Source: Dendrobates tinctorius (lineage: Eukaryota). Taken from it: a DNA stretch of 64,000 bases. A program made the translations under genes and the position numbers. The notes beneath the pieces were generated by a model. The model did no database searches. It worked only from the letters and a program-made list of their open reading frames with translations, and had not been told where the DNA came from. The stretch lies in contig NW_027361738.1 of NCBI RefSeq assembly GCF_039654945.1, positions 86,676,001 through 86,740,000 of the forward strand. The letters run 5' to 3'. Each line of letters starts with the position of its first letter. Position 1 is the first letter of the stretch. Of this stretch, positions 44,841 to 58,053 are shown piece after piece.

Positions 44841-47120
44841 TAGCTTTGGCAAAAACGAAGAGACCACTGCAAAATTTTCATTTTGTCTGATTTTTCTCTT
44901 TATAGGTATATTTTTGAGTAAAATGTCAGTAGTTTATAGAATAAAAGAGCAATTTACAACATGTCTCCTAATTTCCAAGCACTAAATTTTGAATTTATTT
45001 TCAGAAAATGAGAAATGGCTAAATAACAAAAAATGCAGTGCTTGCAGACCTCAAATAATGCTAAGAAAACAAGTTTATAATCATTTAGAAACAACAATAC
45101 TAATATTTTAACTCGGGAAGAGTTCAGAAATCAATATTTTGTGGAATAACCATGATTGTTAATCCCAGCTTTCATGCGTCTTGGCTGCTTTCCTAGAGTC
45201 TCACATTGCTTTCGGGTGACCTTATGCCACTCCTGGTACAATAATGTAAGCAGTTCTTTGTTTGGTGGCTTGTGACTATCCATCTTCCTCTTGATTACAT
45301 TCCAGAGGTTTTCAATGGGGTTTAGGTCTGGAGATTGATCTGGCCATGACAGGGATTTGATGTGGTGGTCCTTCATCCACCCATTGATTGACCTAGCTGT
45401 GTGGCATGGCGCATTGTCCTGCTGGAAATACCAGTCCTCAGAGTTGGGGAACATTGCCTGAGCAGAAGGAATCAACTGTTTTTCCAGGATAACCTTGTAT
45501 GCGGCTTGATTCATACGTCCTTCGCAAAGATTATTGTTGTGAGTTCATTTTCCCCTTCACCATTGAGGTCTGATGAACTCCCTCTTCTGGTGAAGGAAGG
45601 TAGTGAGGCTGATTACCAAGCACCTGAGCAGATTGATGATGACTGGGTGACTGGAATTGCTGACTGGATATAAGGCAGCCGACGCCCTTCTGCCTTGCGG
45701 GTGATTTCTCTGAGGGAATCTAGGAGACCAGTCTGATTCCTGCTCCTCAAAAGCTAAGTTTTCTGCTCTGCTTTTTGCATTTGTGTTTTGGTTTTGTTTT
45801 GCTTTGTTTTTCTGGATTTCTGCCATTCCCTGCTGGGGTGAGCTGAATTCCTTTTTTGCTCTGTCTTCAGAAAATACCTGAGTACTGATATAGTCTTTTT
45901 GAAGCCTAGCGTCTTCAGGGCTTTTTTCCCTAACAGTCTGTTGGCTCTTGTTTTGATAGGGTTTTTGGCGGATTGCAGAGAGCAGCTTTTCTATCCTGTC
46001 CTATTTAGTTAACTTGGGCCCCATCATTTGCTCAGCCTATCTTTCTATCTGTGTGAGTGTTTTTTCATCTTGCTTCACCGTCATTATATGTTGGGGGCTG
46101 CCTATTGCTTTGGGGTCTGCTCTGGGGCAGTTTAGATTTCCCTTTCTGTCTTTAGGCTATTTAGTTCTCCGGCTGTGATCGAGGGGTCTAGGGCACCGTA
46201 GGAACCCCCCACGGCTACTGCTAGTTGTTGTTGATAGGTTCAGGGGTCTGCAATCCGATAGCTGCCAACTTCTCTGGTTTTCTGGACTTAGCTAGTATTT
46301 CTGTTTTTGCCTCCTACGGTGACTGATTCATAACAGATTATCCTGCGCAATTCCAGCCTTTCTGAAGCATCCGCAGATCATCACCGATCCGCCACCAAAT
46401 TTCCCAGAGGGGCAAAGCTGAAAATTAGACTCATCAGAGAAGATCACCTTACTCCAGTCCTCTATGGTCCAATCCTTATGGTCTTTGGTAAACTTCAGCC
46501 TGGCTCTCCTTTGCTTCTCATTGATGAAAGGCTTTTTTCTAGCTTTACATGACTTGAGCCCTGCCTCTAGGAGCCTGTTACGAACTGTTCTTGCCGTGCA
46601 CTTCACCCCAGCTGCCATTTGCCATTCCTTTTGTAGGTCACTTGATGTCATCCTGCGGTTGCTGAGTGACATTCGAATAAGATGACGGTCATCCCGGTCA
46701 GTTGAGAGTCGTTTTCGCCATCTGCCGGTCTGTAGCTTTGTTGTCCCCAATGTCTGCTGCTTGACCTTGTTGCAGTGGACTGCTGTTTTAGAAATTTTAA
46801 GGATGGAGGCATCATGACGCTCACTGTATCCCTCTGCTAGTAAAGCCAGAATTGAGCCCTTCTTTTTCTCACTTAAGACGTTTCTTTTTCAACTCCTGGT
46901 TATTTTTTTTTTTCATTCCTATTACTTTTGGGATATTACTAGCCCTTGTTTTGCCATCCATCTTGTCCTATTGCAAGAGGATTGTGAACACCACAGCAGG
47001 GTTATTGTATACTTTCCTTCACTAAATAAGATTTGGTGCAGGTGATCATCTAATCAGAAGCACATTAAGTAGAATGAGGTGTACTCTGGTTGGAATTCAA
47101 CTGACACTGGAATGGCTGAA
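44841..47120 (-). mobile_element. Defective Tc1 (DD34E) transposon interrupted by a solo LTR
   Basis: Transposase pieces at 46328-46750 (FSDES) and 45131-45514 (QQDNAPCH...NPIEN, D34E). One TIR at 44841; the other end is not evident. Confidence 0.85.
45535..46335 (+). mobile_element. Solo LTR (801 bp)
   Basis: TGTTGTGAG...CATAACA ends flanked by GATTAT/GATTAT, TATAA at ~45669. It splits the Tc1 reading frame. Confidence 0.85.
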
Positions 47121-47136
47121 AATTTTTTTTTATGTG

Positions 47137-47167
<31 letters not shown>

Positions 47168-47239
47168 TACATTTTCTTTTTTTCTTTAAGTAAATACAGA
47201 ACACATAAAGCAAAACTGACGAGGAATTAGTGTTGTAAG

Positions 47240-47992
47240 CAGGACTGTGGAGTCGGTGCTCATTTTTGTGGAGTTGGAGTCTGTATAAAATGGACCGACT
47301 CCTTAAATATATAATAAATTGGGTACAGTAGTTCAATGCAGAATGTGCTGAATATTTTTTCATAGGAATTTGGGAAAGTTATGAAATGTCCTATAAATGA
47401 CTGTTCTATTCCTGATCTAAGGCTACATTCACACACAGCGTTTTTCCTGCGTTTTTTGAGGATATGTTTTTAAGTTGCAAAAGCCGATCAGCTTTTTAAA
47501 AAACCGCATCACCTGAAAGGTTTTTGAGCTCATAGATAATGTTTTTAATGGAGCAGATTTCTAATCTGCTTTTGCTATCTATATATCCATGTCCGTCTAG
47601 CCATATTTTATCTGTACCAAAAAGAATGAAAGCCGGGTAGCACACAGACTAACACTCCTTTTTTTTTTTTTTTTTTTTTTGCACCAGTCAGGTACAACTC
47701 ATAGCTGCCCAAAAGGACGCCCAGGACAGGCACTGCTCGTCTTCAGTAACACATCAACATCAATTGATAGTTGGAATAAATAGACTGCATTCACCACATC
47801 TTAAGGTGCAGGCTTTATTTTCAAGTGTAATGGTGTGCAGTATAAGGTTCTGCAGCAGCTGAGGTGTGCAGTATGAGGTTCTGCCCCCCCCTTCCTAGGT
47901 TTGATCCTGGCTACGCCCATAGTGTGAATGTAGCCTGAGGATCTAGGCTTTATCTTAGCCGAGATAAGTCATAGTATGTATGTGTGTGTGTG

Positions 47993-48062
<70 letters not shown>

Positions 48063-49949
48063 AGACCAAAAGTTTAGACACACCTTCTCAATCAAAGCGT
48101 TTCCTTTATTTTCATGACTATGAAAATTGTAGATTCACTCTGAAGGCATCAAAACTATGAATTAACCCATGTGGAATTATATAATTAACAAAAAAGTGTG
48201 AAACAACTGAAAATACTGTATGTCTTATATTCTAGGTTCTTCGAAGTAGCCACCTTTTGCTTTGATTTCTGCTTTGCACACTCTTGGCATTCTCTTGATG
48301 AGCTTCAAGAGGTAGTCACCGGAAATGGCTTTCACTTCACAGGTGTGCCCTGTCAGGTTTAATAAGTGGGATTTCTTGCCTTATAAATGGGGTTGGGACC
48401 ATCAGTTGTGTTGTGCAGAAGTCTGGTGGATACACAGCTGATAGTCCTACTGAATAGACTGTTAGCTGCTTTTTTCTTGCCATAATACAAATTCTAAGTA
48501 AAGAAAAACGAGTGGCCATCATTACTTTAAGAAATTAAGGTCATTCAGTCCGAAAAATTGGGAAAACTGCAGTGTCCCCAAATTCAGTGGCGAAAACCAT
48601 CAATCACTACACAGAAACTGGCTCACATGAGGACCGCCCCAGGAAAGGAAGAGCAAGAGTCACCTCTGCTGCGGAGGATAAGTTCATCCGAGTCACCAGC
48701 CTCAGAAATCGCAGGTTACCAGAAGCTCAGATTAGAGACCAGGTCAATGCAACACAGAGTTGTAGCAGCAGACACATCTCTACAACAACTGTTAAGAGGA
48801 GACTTTGTGCAGCAGGCCTTCATGGTAAAATAGCTGCTAGGAAACCACTGCTAAGGACAGGCAACAAGCAGAAGAGACTTGTTTGGGCTAAAGAACACAA
48901 GGAATGGACATTAGACCAGTGGAAATCTGTGCTTTGGTCTGATGAGTCCAAATTTGACATCTTTGGTTCCAACCACCGTGTCTTTGTGCGACGCAGAAAA
49001 GGTGAACCGATGGACTCTACATGCCTGGCTCCCACCGTGAAGCATGGAGGAGGAGGTGTGATGGTGTGGGGGGGCTTTGCTGGTGACACTGTTGGAGATT
49101 TATTCAAAATTGAAGGCATACTGAACCAGCATGGCTACCACAGCATCTTGCAGCGGCATGCTATTCCATCCGATTTGCGTTTAGTTGGACCATCATTTAT
49201 TTTTCAACAGGACAATGATCTCAAACACACCTCCAAACTGTGTAAGGGCTATGTGACCAAGAAGGAGAGTGATGGGGTGCTACGCCAGATGACCTGGCCT
49301 CCACAGTCACCAGACCTGAACCCAATCGAGATGGTTTGGGGTGAGCTGGACCGCAGAGTGAAGGCAAAAGGGCCAACAAGTGCTTAGCATCTCTGGGAAC
49401 TCCTTCAAGACTGTTGGAAGACCATTTCCGGTGACTACCTCTTGAAGCTCATCAAGAGAATGCCAAGAGTGTGCAAAGCAGTAATCAAAGCAAAAGTTGG
49501 CTACTTTGAAGAACCTAGAATATAAGACATATTTTCAGCTGTTTCACACTTTTTTGTTAATTATATAATTCCACATGTGTTAATTCATAGTTTTGATGCC
49601 TTCAGAGTGAATCTACAATTTTCATAGTCGTGAAAATAAAGAAAACGCTTTGAATGAGGTGTGTCCAAACTTTTGCTCTGTACTGTATACATGTATACAG
49701 TGTATTACATAGTGTGTTACATATTTACAATTTAATAGTTTTGTGTTCTAAAGTTGTATTCCAATAAATAGATATTATGTTCCATCTCAATATCTTGATT
49801 ATTATATCATAAAAATGATTAAATGTCTGATGTTCACATTGTACTACAATACATTTTTCACTTAAATATAAGCAATATATGTGGGAGTCGGAGTAAGGGA
49901 AATTGAGGAGTCTGAGTCGCAGGTTTGGCTTACCGACTCCGCAGCCCTG
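47240..49949. mobile_element. Non-autonomous hAT (Ac-type target) element hosting a Harbinger MITE (47421-47935) and a Tc1
   Basis: TIRs CAGGACTGTGGAGTCGG and CCGACTCCGCAGCCCTG, perfect 8-bp TSD GTTGTAAG. Confidence 0.88.
48057..49685 (+). mobile_element. Tc1-family DD38E (Intruder-type) transposon with a disrupted transposase
   Basis: ~270-bp TIRs and TA flanks. ORF 48572..49387 has WSDES, QQDND and NPIE with 38 residues between D and E. Premature TAG at 49385 and a damaged 5' end. Confidence 0.9.
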
Positions 49950-50207
49950 GTTGTAAGATATATATATTTAAAGAGGTTGTCTACTCTTGCAGTACACTTG
50001 TCATTACTCGTCCTGAATCCCAGATTCTTGAAAATAGGATAAGATGTCTGTTGGCTGAGACCTTCCTAATCCCACCATCAGAGCGCAGATTTTTGTCCCT
50101 CATTTTGAGAACCCCTTTAATTTACACAAGAATGGACAATTCAGTTTTACAGAACTTAGTTTGGATTATTAGTTTTCCTTTCTACTTGCAACTTATTTAT
50201 TTTTTAA

Positions 50208-50821
50208 AGGGAATCTGTCACCTCCTTTTTTGAATATGAGTTGCCAGCACTGACATCAGGGGCTTATCTACAGCATTCTGTAATGCATTCTGTAATGCTG
50301 TAGATAAGCCCCCGATGTAACCTGAAAGAGAAGAAAAAGGAGTTATATTATACTCACCGGGGGGGGTGGTCCGGTATTGGTCCGATGGTTGTTGTGGTCC
50401 GGCGCCTCTCATCTTTTAGCGATGACGTCCTCTTCTTTCCTTCCTGTCGTGGCTCCGGTGCAGGTGCACTGCTCTGCCCTGTTGAGGGCAAAGCAGAGTA
50501 CTGCAGTGCGCAGGCACCGGGCCTCTCCTGGCGCCTGCACACTGCAGGACTCTGCTCTCAATAAGGCAGAGCAGTGCGCCTGCACCGGAGCTGTGACGGG
50601 AAGGAAAGAGGACGGCATCGTATGAAGATGGGAGGCGCCGGACCGCGTCACCCATCGGACCAGACGCCAGGGTGACTATAATCTAACTTTTTTTTTCTTA
50701 TGTTTCAGGTTACATCGGGGGCTTATCTACAGCATTACAGAATGCATTACAGAATGCTGTAGATAAACCCCTGATGTCCATGCCAGCAGCTCATATTCGA
50801 AAAAAGGGTGACAGATTTCCT
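50208..50821. mobile_element. TTAA-targeting (T2/Kolobok-type) fold-back MITE
   Basis: TTAA|AGGGAATCTGTCACC ... GGTGACAGATTTCCT|TTAA. Almost the whole element is an inverted repeat. Confidence 0.9.
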
Positions 50822-51740
50822 TTAAAATTTCTTTGCCTTGGCTCGTTCACAAAGGTATAGTTCTTTGCCTTCGCACCTATAGATCTGTGCTTCGTTTTCT
50901 GCCCCGTTCTCATGGCGTTATCCTTATGGAACATCCCAATAGAGAGATTATAATTCCGCAGGAGAAAAAATAAACTCTTAAAACAAGATTGTATCTCTTT
51001 TTTTTTTCGTAAAATGCTTCTTTACAACACTTTCTGCATCTTTATCCTTTCCTCATGGCTCCTGAGAAGCACTTTTGCTCCCATTTTTCTGTCTATTAGC
51101 TATATGAGGAATGAAGCACTTACACCCCCCACCTGCCGCACTGCCAGCGCCTCCGGATATCACGTTGATCCAGATTTAAGTCTTCTTTTGAGATTTTCCA
51201 ATTCTCTTGAATTTCAAGTGTTCCGTGTCATGCTCCCTCTCCCTGACACCCGAGGAGTCTCTCAATGGTTTGGTAATTGAAACTCTTTATGTCTAGGGGT
51301 AAGTTGCTTCCACAAACGGATTACCGTGCCAACTTTCCAAATATTTCTCCACCTGGTGGTTTCTCTTTAACAGATTATTACTTAAAGGCTTCTTATTTTA
51401 AGCATTTAAGTTGAGGTGAGGAATTTGCAAGATCAGATTGAAGTTTTTTGTTTGTTTTTGCCCCTGAAATGACCGCATTTAAGAATAATATATATTGTAG
51501 TCTTCAAAGATTTGTATTTCCCATATAAACCTAACAATCTCTTCCTCATTAACATGTAAGTCCTGTACGGTCTAATATTGCATATTGGATAGACAGAAAA
51601 TAAGGGAAAAACAGTGTTGGAGGGGTGAATGCCCACTTCCCTGATGACCTTGACATGGGGGGGTGAATGCCCACTTTCCCTGGTAGCCTAGGCGTGGAGT
51701 AGTGAATGCCGCCTTTTCTAGCAGTCAAGGCATGGTGGCG

Positions 51741-52136
51741 TGACTGCCCTTTTCGCCTGGCGGTCTAGGCGTGGCGGGGTGTCTGCCCTTTTCGCCTGGC
51801 GGTCTAGGCGTGGCGGGGTGACTGCCCTTTTCGCCTGGCGGTCTAGGCGTGGCGAGGTGACTGCCCTTTTCGCCTGGCGGTCTAGGCGTGGCGGGGCGAC
51901 TGCCCTTTTCGCCTGGCGGTCTAGGCGTGGCGGGGCGACTGCCCTTTTCGCCTGGCGGTCTAGGCGTGGCGGGGCGACTGCCCTTTTCGCCTGGCGGTCT
52001 AGGCGTGGCGGGGCGACTGCCCTTTTCGCCTGGCGGTCTAGGCGTGGCGGGGCGACTGCCCTTTTCGCCTGGCGGTCTAGGCGTGGCGGGGCGACTGCCC
52101 TTTTCGCCTGGCGGTCTAGGCGTGGCGGGGTCGCTG
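51741..52136. repeat. 39-bp GC-rich minisatellite (GACTGCCCTTTTCGCCTGGCGGTCTAGGCGTGGCGGGGC), about 10 copies plus degenerate copies from ~51620
   Basis: Direct periodicity. Confidence 0.93.
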
Positions 52137-53712
52137 TCTTCTTACCTTACCATGTATTATGGTTGATTTCAAACCCTTAATGAATGTAACTAGGTCCACG
52201 CTCATGGATCGTCTAAAACTCTGGGTAAGAGCAATTGTTCCCATACAGCAGCATACAATCTGCAGCACATGCCTTCTTTACACTGTGTGATGTGCTGCCG
52301 ATAATGATCTGCAAGTGATCCTATCTGATGAACAGTCATTTTGCGCATTAGTTGGGGAGCATTTTTACATCAGCATACCGTATATATTTTATTATGAGTT
52401 TCACATTTCTTTCAAACGTTTGGTTATTGGGAGAGATTCTTGATGTGTGGTCCCCGAGTATGGAGGATACACGACAAATTAGGTGGGGAGATTAGAGAGG
52501 GCAAGGAGGGTTTTTTCTTTTGTGCCGTTGTCAGTGGTTTATCTGAATCTGCAATGGGTTATTGATCTGAGAAACTTGTCTGTCGTATAAGGAGTCGGTA
52601 AGGAATTTTTCCTATAAGTGGTCAGTAGCATCTGCTTCTTCAGGGTTTTCCCATCCTCTGTATTGAGAAGTTAGATTTTTGGTTGAACTTGATAGACTTG
52701 TGTCGTCTTTGAGCAGGGGGTTGGACCAGATGGCCCAGGAGGTCCCTTCCAACTCTACGATTCTATGATTCTTTCAACCTTAAAGTTAATCCTGTGCATC
52801 TCTATGTCATTCCAGATTGGGCTTTGCAGCCGCGGTTTCCAGGTTCAGGAGCCCCTTTTCTTAGATTCTTGCGGACCCCCAGTGATTAAGTAATCTCCTA
52901 GCCAATGTATTGGGAGGTAATTTACTTTATTGCCTCCATTCTCGCGATCCCAGGAGTCAGACCCATCACGATCATACATTTATCACTTATCCAACTCCTT
53001 TAACATTGTTGCGGAGTCCTGGTTATTCAGACTTTTATGCAGTGTACAGGGATTGTCCGCTAAGTATTATTTTTCCTTTCTCAAGTATTTGTTTACCTGG
53101 AGAATTCAGTTATGACATTTTCTTTTTTTTTTTATGGCGGCTTTCTGCACTTAAAGTAATTTCTGAAAGTAGGTGAAAAATAAATGTTTTTGCATAGGAA
53201 CACAGGATAATGTCACTTCGAGTGATTTTGATTTTTCAAGCTTTGCCGAAACCATTTTCCAGGCGAGCCGCAGACTCTACAATGTCTGCTTCTCAGAATG
53301 GATTTGCTGTACGTTTCTGCGGCGGCGGCTGCCGTTCCTTTTTCAATTGTTAACATCTCAAACTGAATGATTGCAAGTAGAAGGGAATTTGTGTAAGGTA
53401 TCTCTAATCATAGGGGAGAGCATTAAAACTCTTGTTTCCTCTCAATAGTTGTAAATATAATTGACGCTTGTTACCGCAGCGGCGACTGAAGAGCTCATTA
53501 ATCGGTCATTTACTTTGCCTATCGGCCTGTTCTTTTCTTGCTGCTAACATTTCAGATATACTGTTTTGTCAAAGAGCAAATACAATTATTTTCAGCTGCT
53601 GACATTCTCCATATGTCGGATACTTTTTTTTTTTTTTTTTTTTAAATAAAGATTTTTACAAGTTGTTGTTTTTATTTATTTTTTTTTTTTTTGAACTTTA
53701 GTTTTGGTTGCT

Positions 53713-53951
53713 GGTCCTCCATCAGGTTGGCTTTCTTGTGACATGTTGGTGCCGGTCCTCCATCAGGTTGGCTTTCTTGTGACATGTTGGTGCCGGTCCT
53801 CCATCAGGTTGGCTTTCTTGTGACATGTTGGTGCCGGTCCTCCATCAGGTTGGCTTTCTTGTGACATGTTGGTGCCGGTCCTCCATCAGGTTGGCTTTCT
53901 TGTGACATGTTGGTGCCGGTCCTCCATCAGGTTGGCTTTCTTGTGACATGT
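53713..53951. repeat. 41-bp tandem repeat, about 6 copies
   Basis: GGTCCTCCATCAGGTTGGCTTTCTTGTGACATGTTGGTGCC repeated. Confidence 0.93.
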
Positions 53952-54329
53952 CGGGCTTTGTCCCGCATCAGATTAGATTTGGTTTATTTGATACAAGAGA
54001 ACAAATCAGTAAGCAACTTTTAGGAAATCAGGGCCTCCAGGGCACCACCGCAAAGATGGATTGAGCTGCGCGAGGCCTGGATTTTTTTTTTTTCTTATGG
54101 CGTGTTTCACCGTGTGTATAACGTGTTCAAATCTCATCTAATTTACTGGTGTTGTATTCCACTGTGGATTTTCTGCCCGAAAATCCGGTTGGAAAAATAT
54201 TTGAGCATTTCTATTATCCAATAACTCTTGCTATGAGTTGGGCTGGGCTCAGAGTTCCTTTTAATGCAGTTACAAAGAAATCCTCGTAGACTTGGGGATA
54301 ACGTCCAAACTTGAGAATGCCCGTTGTAA

Positions 54330-54846
54330 AGGGAATCTGTCACCTCTTTTTTGGCTTCTGAGATTCGGTCACTGCCATCAGGGGCTGATCAACAGCATTC
54401 TGTAATGCTGAAGATAAGCCCCCGATGTAACCTGAAAGATAAGAAAAACGAGTTAGATTATACTCACCGGGGGCGCGGTCCGGTCTGGCGCCTCCTATCT
54501 TCTAGCGATGACTTCCTCCTTCTGCCGCGGCTCCTGCGCAGGCGTACTTTATCTGTCCTGTTGTACTGCAGTACTCTTCTCTGCCCTCAACAGGACAGAT
54601 AAAGTACGCCTGCGCAGGAGCCACGGCAGGAGGAGGACGTGATCGCTAGAAGATGGGAGGTGCCGGACCGCGACACCCATCGGACCGGACCCCGGGGTGA
54701 GTATAATCTAACTCGTTTTTCTTATCTTTCAGGTTACATCGGGGGCGTATCTACAGCATTACAGAATGCATTACAGAATGCTGTAGATAAGCACCTGATG
54801 GCGGTGGCCGTATCTCATAGGCCAAAAATGAGGTGACAGATTCCAT
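54330..54846. mobile_element. TTAA-targeting (T2/Kolobok-type) fold-back MITE
   Basis: Same termini as 50208-50821 and the same palindromic structure. Confidence 0.87.
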
Positions 54847-55138
54847 TTAAGCACAAAACTTCCTCCACTCTTTATAAAGACCTTTATTCTAGATTTATGT
54901 CTTCACTCTCTGATCGGTGACTGATCCTCAGTGCTGGTTATTAATTCTGTTCTATAGTCGACTATATAAATGGTGGTTGCACGCCGCTGTGCAGGGGGCA
55001 CGACGCTAAACCAACTCTGCGGGGGGCTTCATTCTCTGCGCCGACACAGTTCTTGACAGTCTGGCCATAACAAATCTTAAACTGATCCTGGCTATGTAGA
55101 AAGCTTTTTATTGGCTGGTGGTGATTAACCAGATAGAT

Positions 55139-55175
<37 letters not shown>

Positions 55176-55178
<3 letters not shown>

Positions 55179-56393
55179 TCACTGGCCACTTTATTAGGTA
55201 CACCTGTCCAACTGTGTGTTAAGACTTAATTTCTAATCAGCCAATCACATGGCGGCAACTCAGTGCATTTAGGCATGTAGACATGGTCAAGACAATCTCC
55301 TGCAGTTCAAACCGAGCATCAGTATGGGGAAGAAAGGTGATTTGAGTGCCTTTGAACGTGGCATGATTGTTGGTGCCAGAAGGGCTGGTCTGAGAATTTC
55401 AGAAACTGCTGATCTACTGGGATTTTCACGCACAACCATCTCTAGGGTTTACAGAGAATGGTCCGAAAAAGTAAAAAAATCCAGTGAGCGGCAGTTCTGT
55501 GGCCGGAAATGCCTTGTTGATGCCAGAGGTCAGAGGAGAATGGGCAGACTGGTTCGAGCTGATAGAAAGGCAACAGTGACTCAAATTGCCACCCGTTACA
55601 ACCAAGGTAGGCAGAAGAGCATCTCTGAACGCACAGTGCGTCGAACTTTGAGGCAGATGGGCTACAGCAGCAGAAGACCACACTGGGTACCACTCCTCTC
55701 AGCTAAGAACAGGAAACTGAGGCTACAATTTGCACAAGCTCATCGAAATTGGACAGTAGAAGATTGGAAAAACGTTGCCTGGTCTGATGAGTCTCGATTT
55801 CTGCTGCGACATTCGGATGGTAGGGTCAGAATTTGGCGTAAACAACATGAAAGCATGGATCCATCCTGCCTTGTATCAACGGTTCAGGCTGGTGGTGGTG
55901 GTGTCATGGTGTGGGGAATTTTTTCTGGGCACTCTTTGGGCCCCTTGGTACCAATTGAGCATCGTTGCAACGCCACAGCCTACCTGAGTATTGTTGCTGA
56001 CCATGTCCATCCCTTTATGACCACAATGTACCCAACATCTGATGGCTACTTTCAGCAGGATAATGCGCCATGTCATAAAGCTCGAATCATCTCAGATTGG
56101 TTTCTTGAACATGACAATGAGTTTACTGTACTCAAATGGCCTCCTCAGTCACCAGATCTCAATCCAATAGAGCATCTTTGGGATGTGGTGGAACGGGAGA
56201 TTCGCATCAGGGATGTGCAGCCGACAAATCTGCGCCAACTGTGTGATGCCATCATGTCAATATGGTCCAAAATCTCTGAGGAATGCTTCCAGCACCTTGT
56301 TGAATCTCTGCCACGAAGAATTGAGGCAGTTCTGAAGGCAAAAGGGGGTCCAACCCCTTACTAGCATGGTGTACCTAATAAAGTGGCCAGTGA

Positions 56394-56396
<3 letters not shown>
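55176..56396 (+). mobile_element. Tc1-family DD36E (Incomer-type) transposon, 1221 bp
   Basis: Perfect 29-bp TIRs CACTCACTGGCCACTTTATTAGGTACACC, embedded in (TA)n/(TG)n. Confidence 0.93.
55324..56364 (+). CDS. Intact 346-aa DD36E transposase
   Basis: Paired-like HTH N-terminus, then WSDES, QQDNA and NPIE with a 36-residue D-E spacing. No stops. Confidence 0.9.
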   Translation: MGKKGDLSAFERGMIVGARRAGLRISETADLLGFSRTTISRVYREWSEKVKKSSERQFCGRKCLVDARGQRRMGRLVRADRKATVTQIATRYNQGRQKSISERTVRRTLRQMGYSSRRPHWVPLLSAKNRKLRLQFAQAHRNWTVEDWKNVAWSDESRFLLRHSDGRVRIWRKQHESMDPSCLVSTVQAGGGGVMVWGIFSGHSLGPLVPIEHRCNATAYLSIVADHVHPFMTTMYPTSDGYFQQDNAPCHKARIISDWFLEHDNEFTVLKWPPQSPDLNPIEHLWDVVEREIRIRDVQPTNLRQLCDAIMSIWSKISEECFQHLVESLPRRIEAVLKAKGGPTPY

Positions 56397-56470
<74 letters not shown>

Positions 56471-56475
<5 letters not shown>

Positions 56476-58053
56476 CCTACAAGTAGTATTCAACCCCCTG
56501 CAGGTTTACACATTCGGAATTAACTTGGCATTGTGACATTTGGACTGTAGATCAGCCTGGAAGTGTGAAATGCACTGCAGCAAAAAAGAATGTTATTTCT
56601 TTGTTTAATTTTTTTTTAAATTGTGAAAAGTTTATTCAGAGGGTCATTTATTATTCAACCCCTCAAACCACCAGAATTCTGTTTGGTTCCCCTAAAGTAT
56701 TAAGAAGTATTTCAGGCACAAAGAACAATGAGCTTCACATGTTTGGATTAATTATCTCTTTTTCCAGCCTTTTCTGACTATTTAAGACCCTCCCCAAACT
56801 TGTGAACAGCACTCATACATGGTCAACATGGGAAAGACAAAGGAGCATTCCAAGGCCATCAGAGACAAGATCGTGGAGGGTCACAAGGCTGGCAAGGGGT
56901 ACAAAACCCTTTCCATGGAGTTGGGCCTACCTGTCTCCACTGTTGGGAGCATCATCCGGAAGTGGAAGGCTTATGGAACTACTGTTAGCCTTCCACGGCC
57001 TGGACAGCCTTTGAAAGTTTCCTCCCGTGCCGAGGCCAGGCTTGTCCGAAGAGTCAAGGCTAACCCAAGGACAACAAGGAAGGAGCTCCGGGAAGATCTC
57101 ATGGCAGTGGGGACATTGGTTTCAGTCAATACCATAAGTAACGTACTCCACCGCAATGGTCTCCGTTCCAGACGAGCCCGTAAGGTACCTTTACTTTCAA
57201 AGCGTCATGTCAAGGCTCGTCTACAGTTTGCTCATGATCACTTGGAGGACTCTGAGACAGACTGGTTCAAGGTTCTCTGGTCTGATGAGACCAAGATCGA
57301 GATCTTTGGTGCCAACCACACACGTGACGTTTGGAGACTGGATGGCACTGCATACGACCCCAAGAATACCATCCCTACAGTCAAGCATGGTGGTGGCAGC
57401 ATCATGCTGTGGGGCTGTTTCTCAGCCAAGGCGCCTGGCCATCTGGTCCGCATCCATGGGAAGATGGATAGCACGGCCTACCTGGAGATTTTGGCCAAGA
57501 ACCTCCGCTCCTCCATCAAGGATCTTAAGATGGGTCGTCATTTCATCTTCCAACAAGACAACGACCCAAAGCACACAGCCAAGAAAACCAAGGCCTGGTT
57601 CAAGAGGCAAAAAATCAAGGTGTTGGAGTGGCCTAGTCAGTCTCCTGACCTTAACCCAATTAAAAACTTGTGGAAGGAGCTCAAGATTAAAGTCCACATG
57701 AAACACCCAAAGAACCTAGATAACTTGGAGAAGATCTGCATGGAGGAGTGGGCCAAGATAACTCCAGAGACCTGTGCCGGCCTGATCAGGTCTTATAAAA
57801 GACGATTATTAGCTGTAATTGCAAACAAGGGTTATTCCACAAAATATTAAACCTAGGGGTTGAATAATAATTGACCCACACTTGTATGTTTAAAATTTAT
57901 TAAAATTTAACTGAGCAACATAACTTTTTGGTTTGTAAGATTTATGCATCTGTTAATAAATCCTGCTCTTGTGTGAAGTTTGAAGGCTCTAACTTATTTG
58001 CATCTTATCAAACCTGCTAAATCTGCAGGGGGTTGAATACTACTTGTAGGCAC

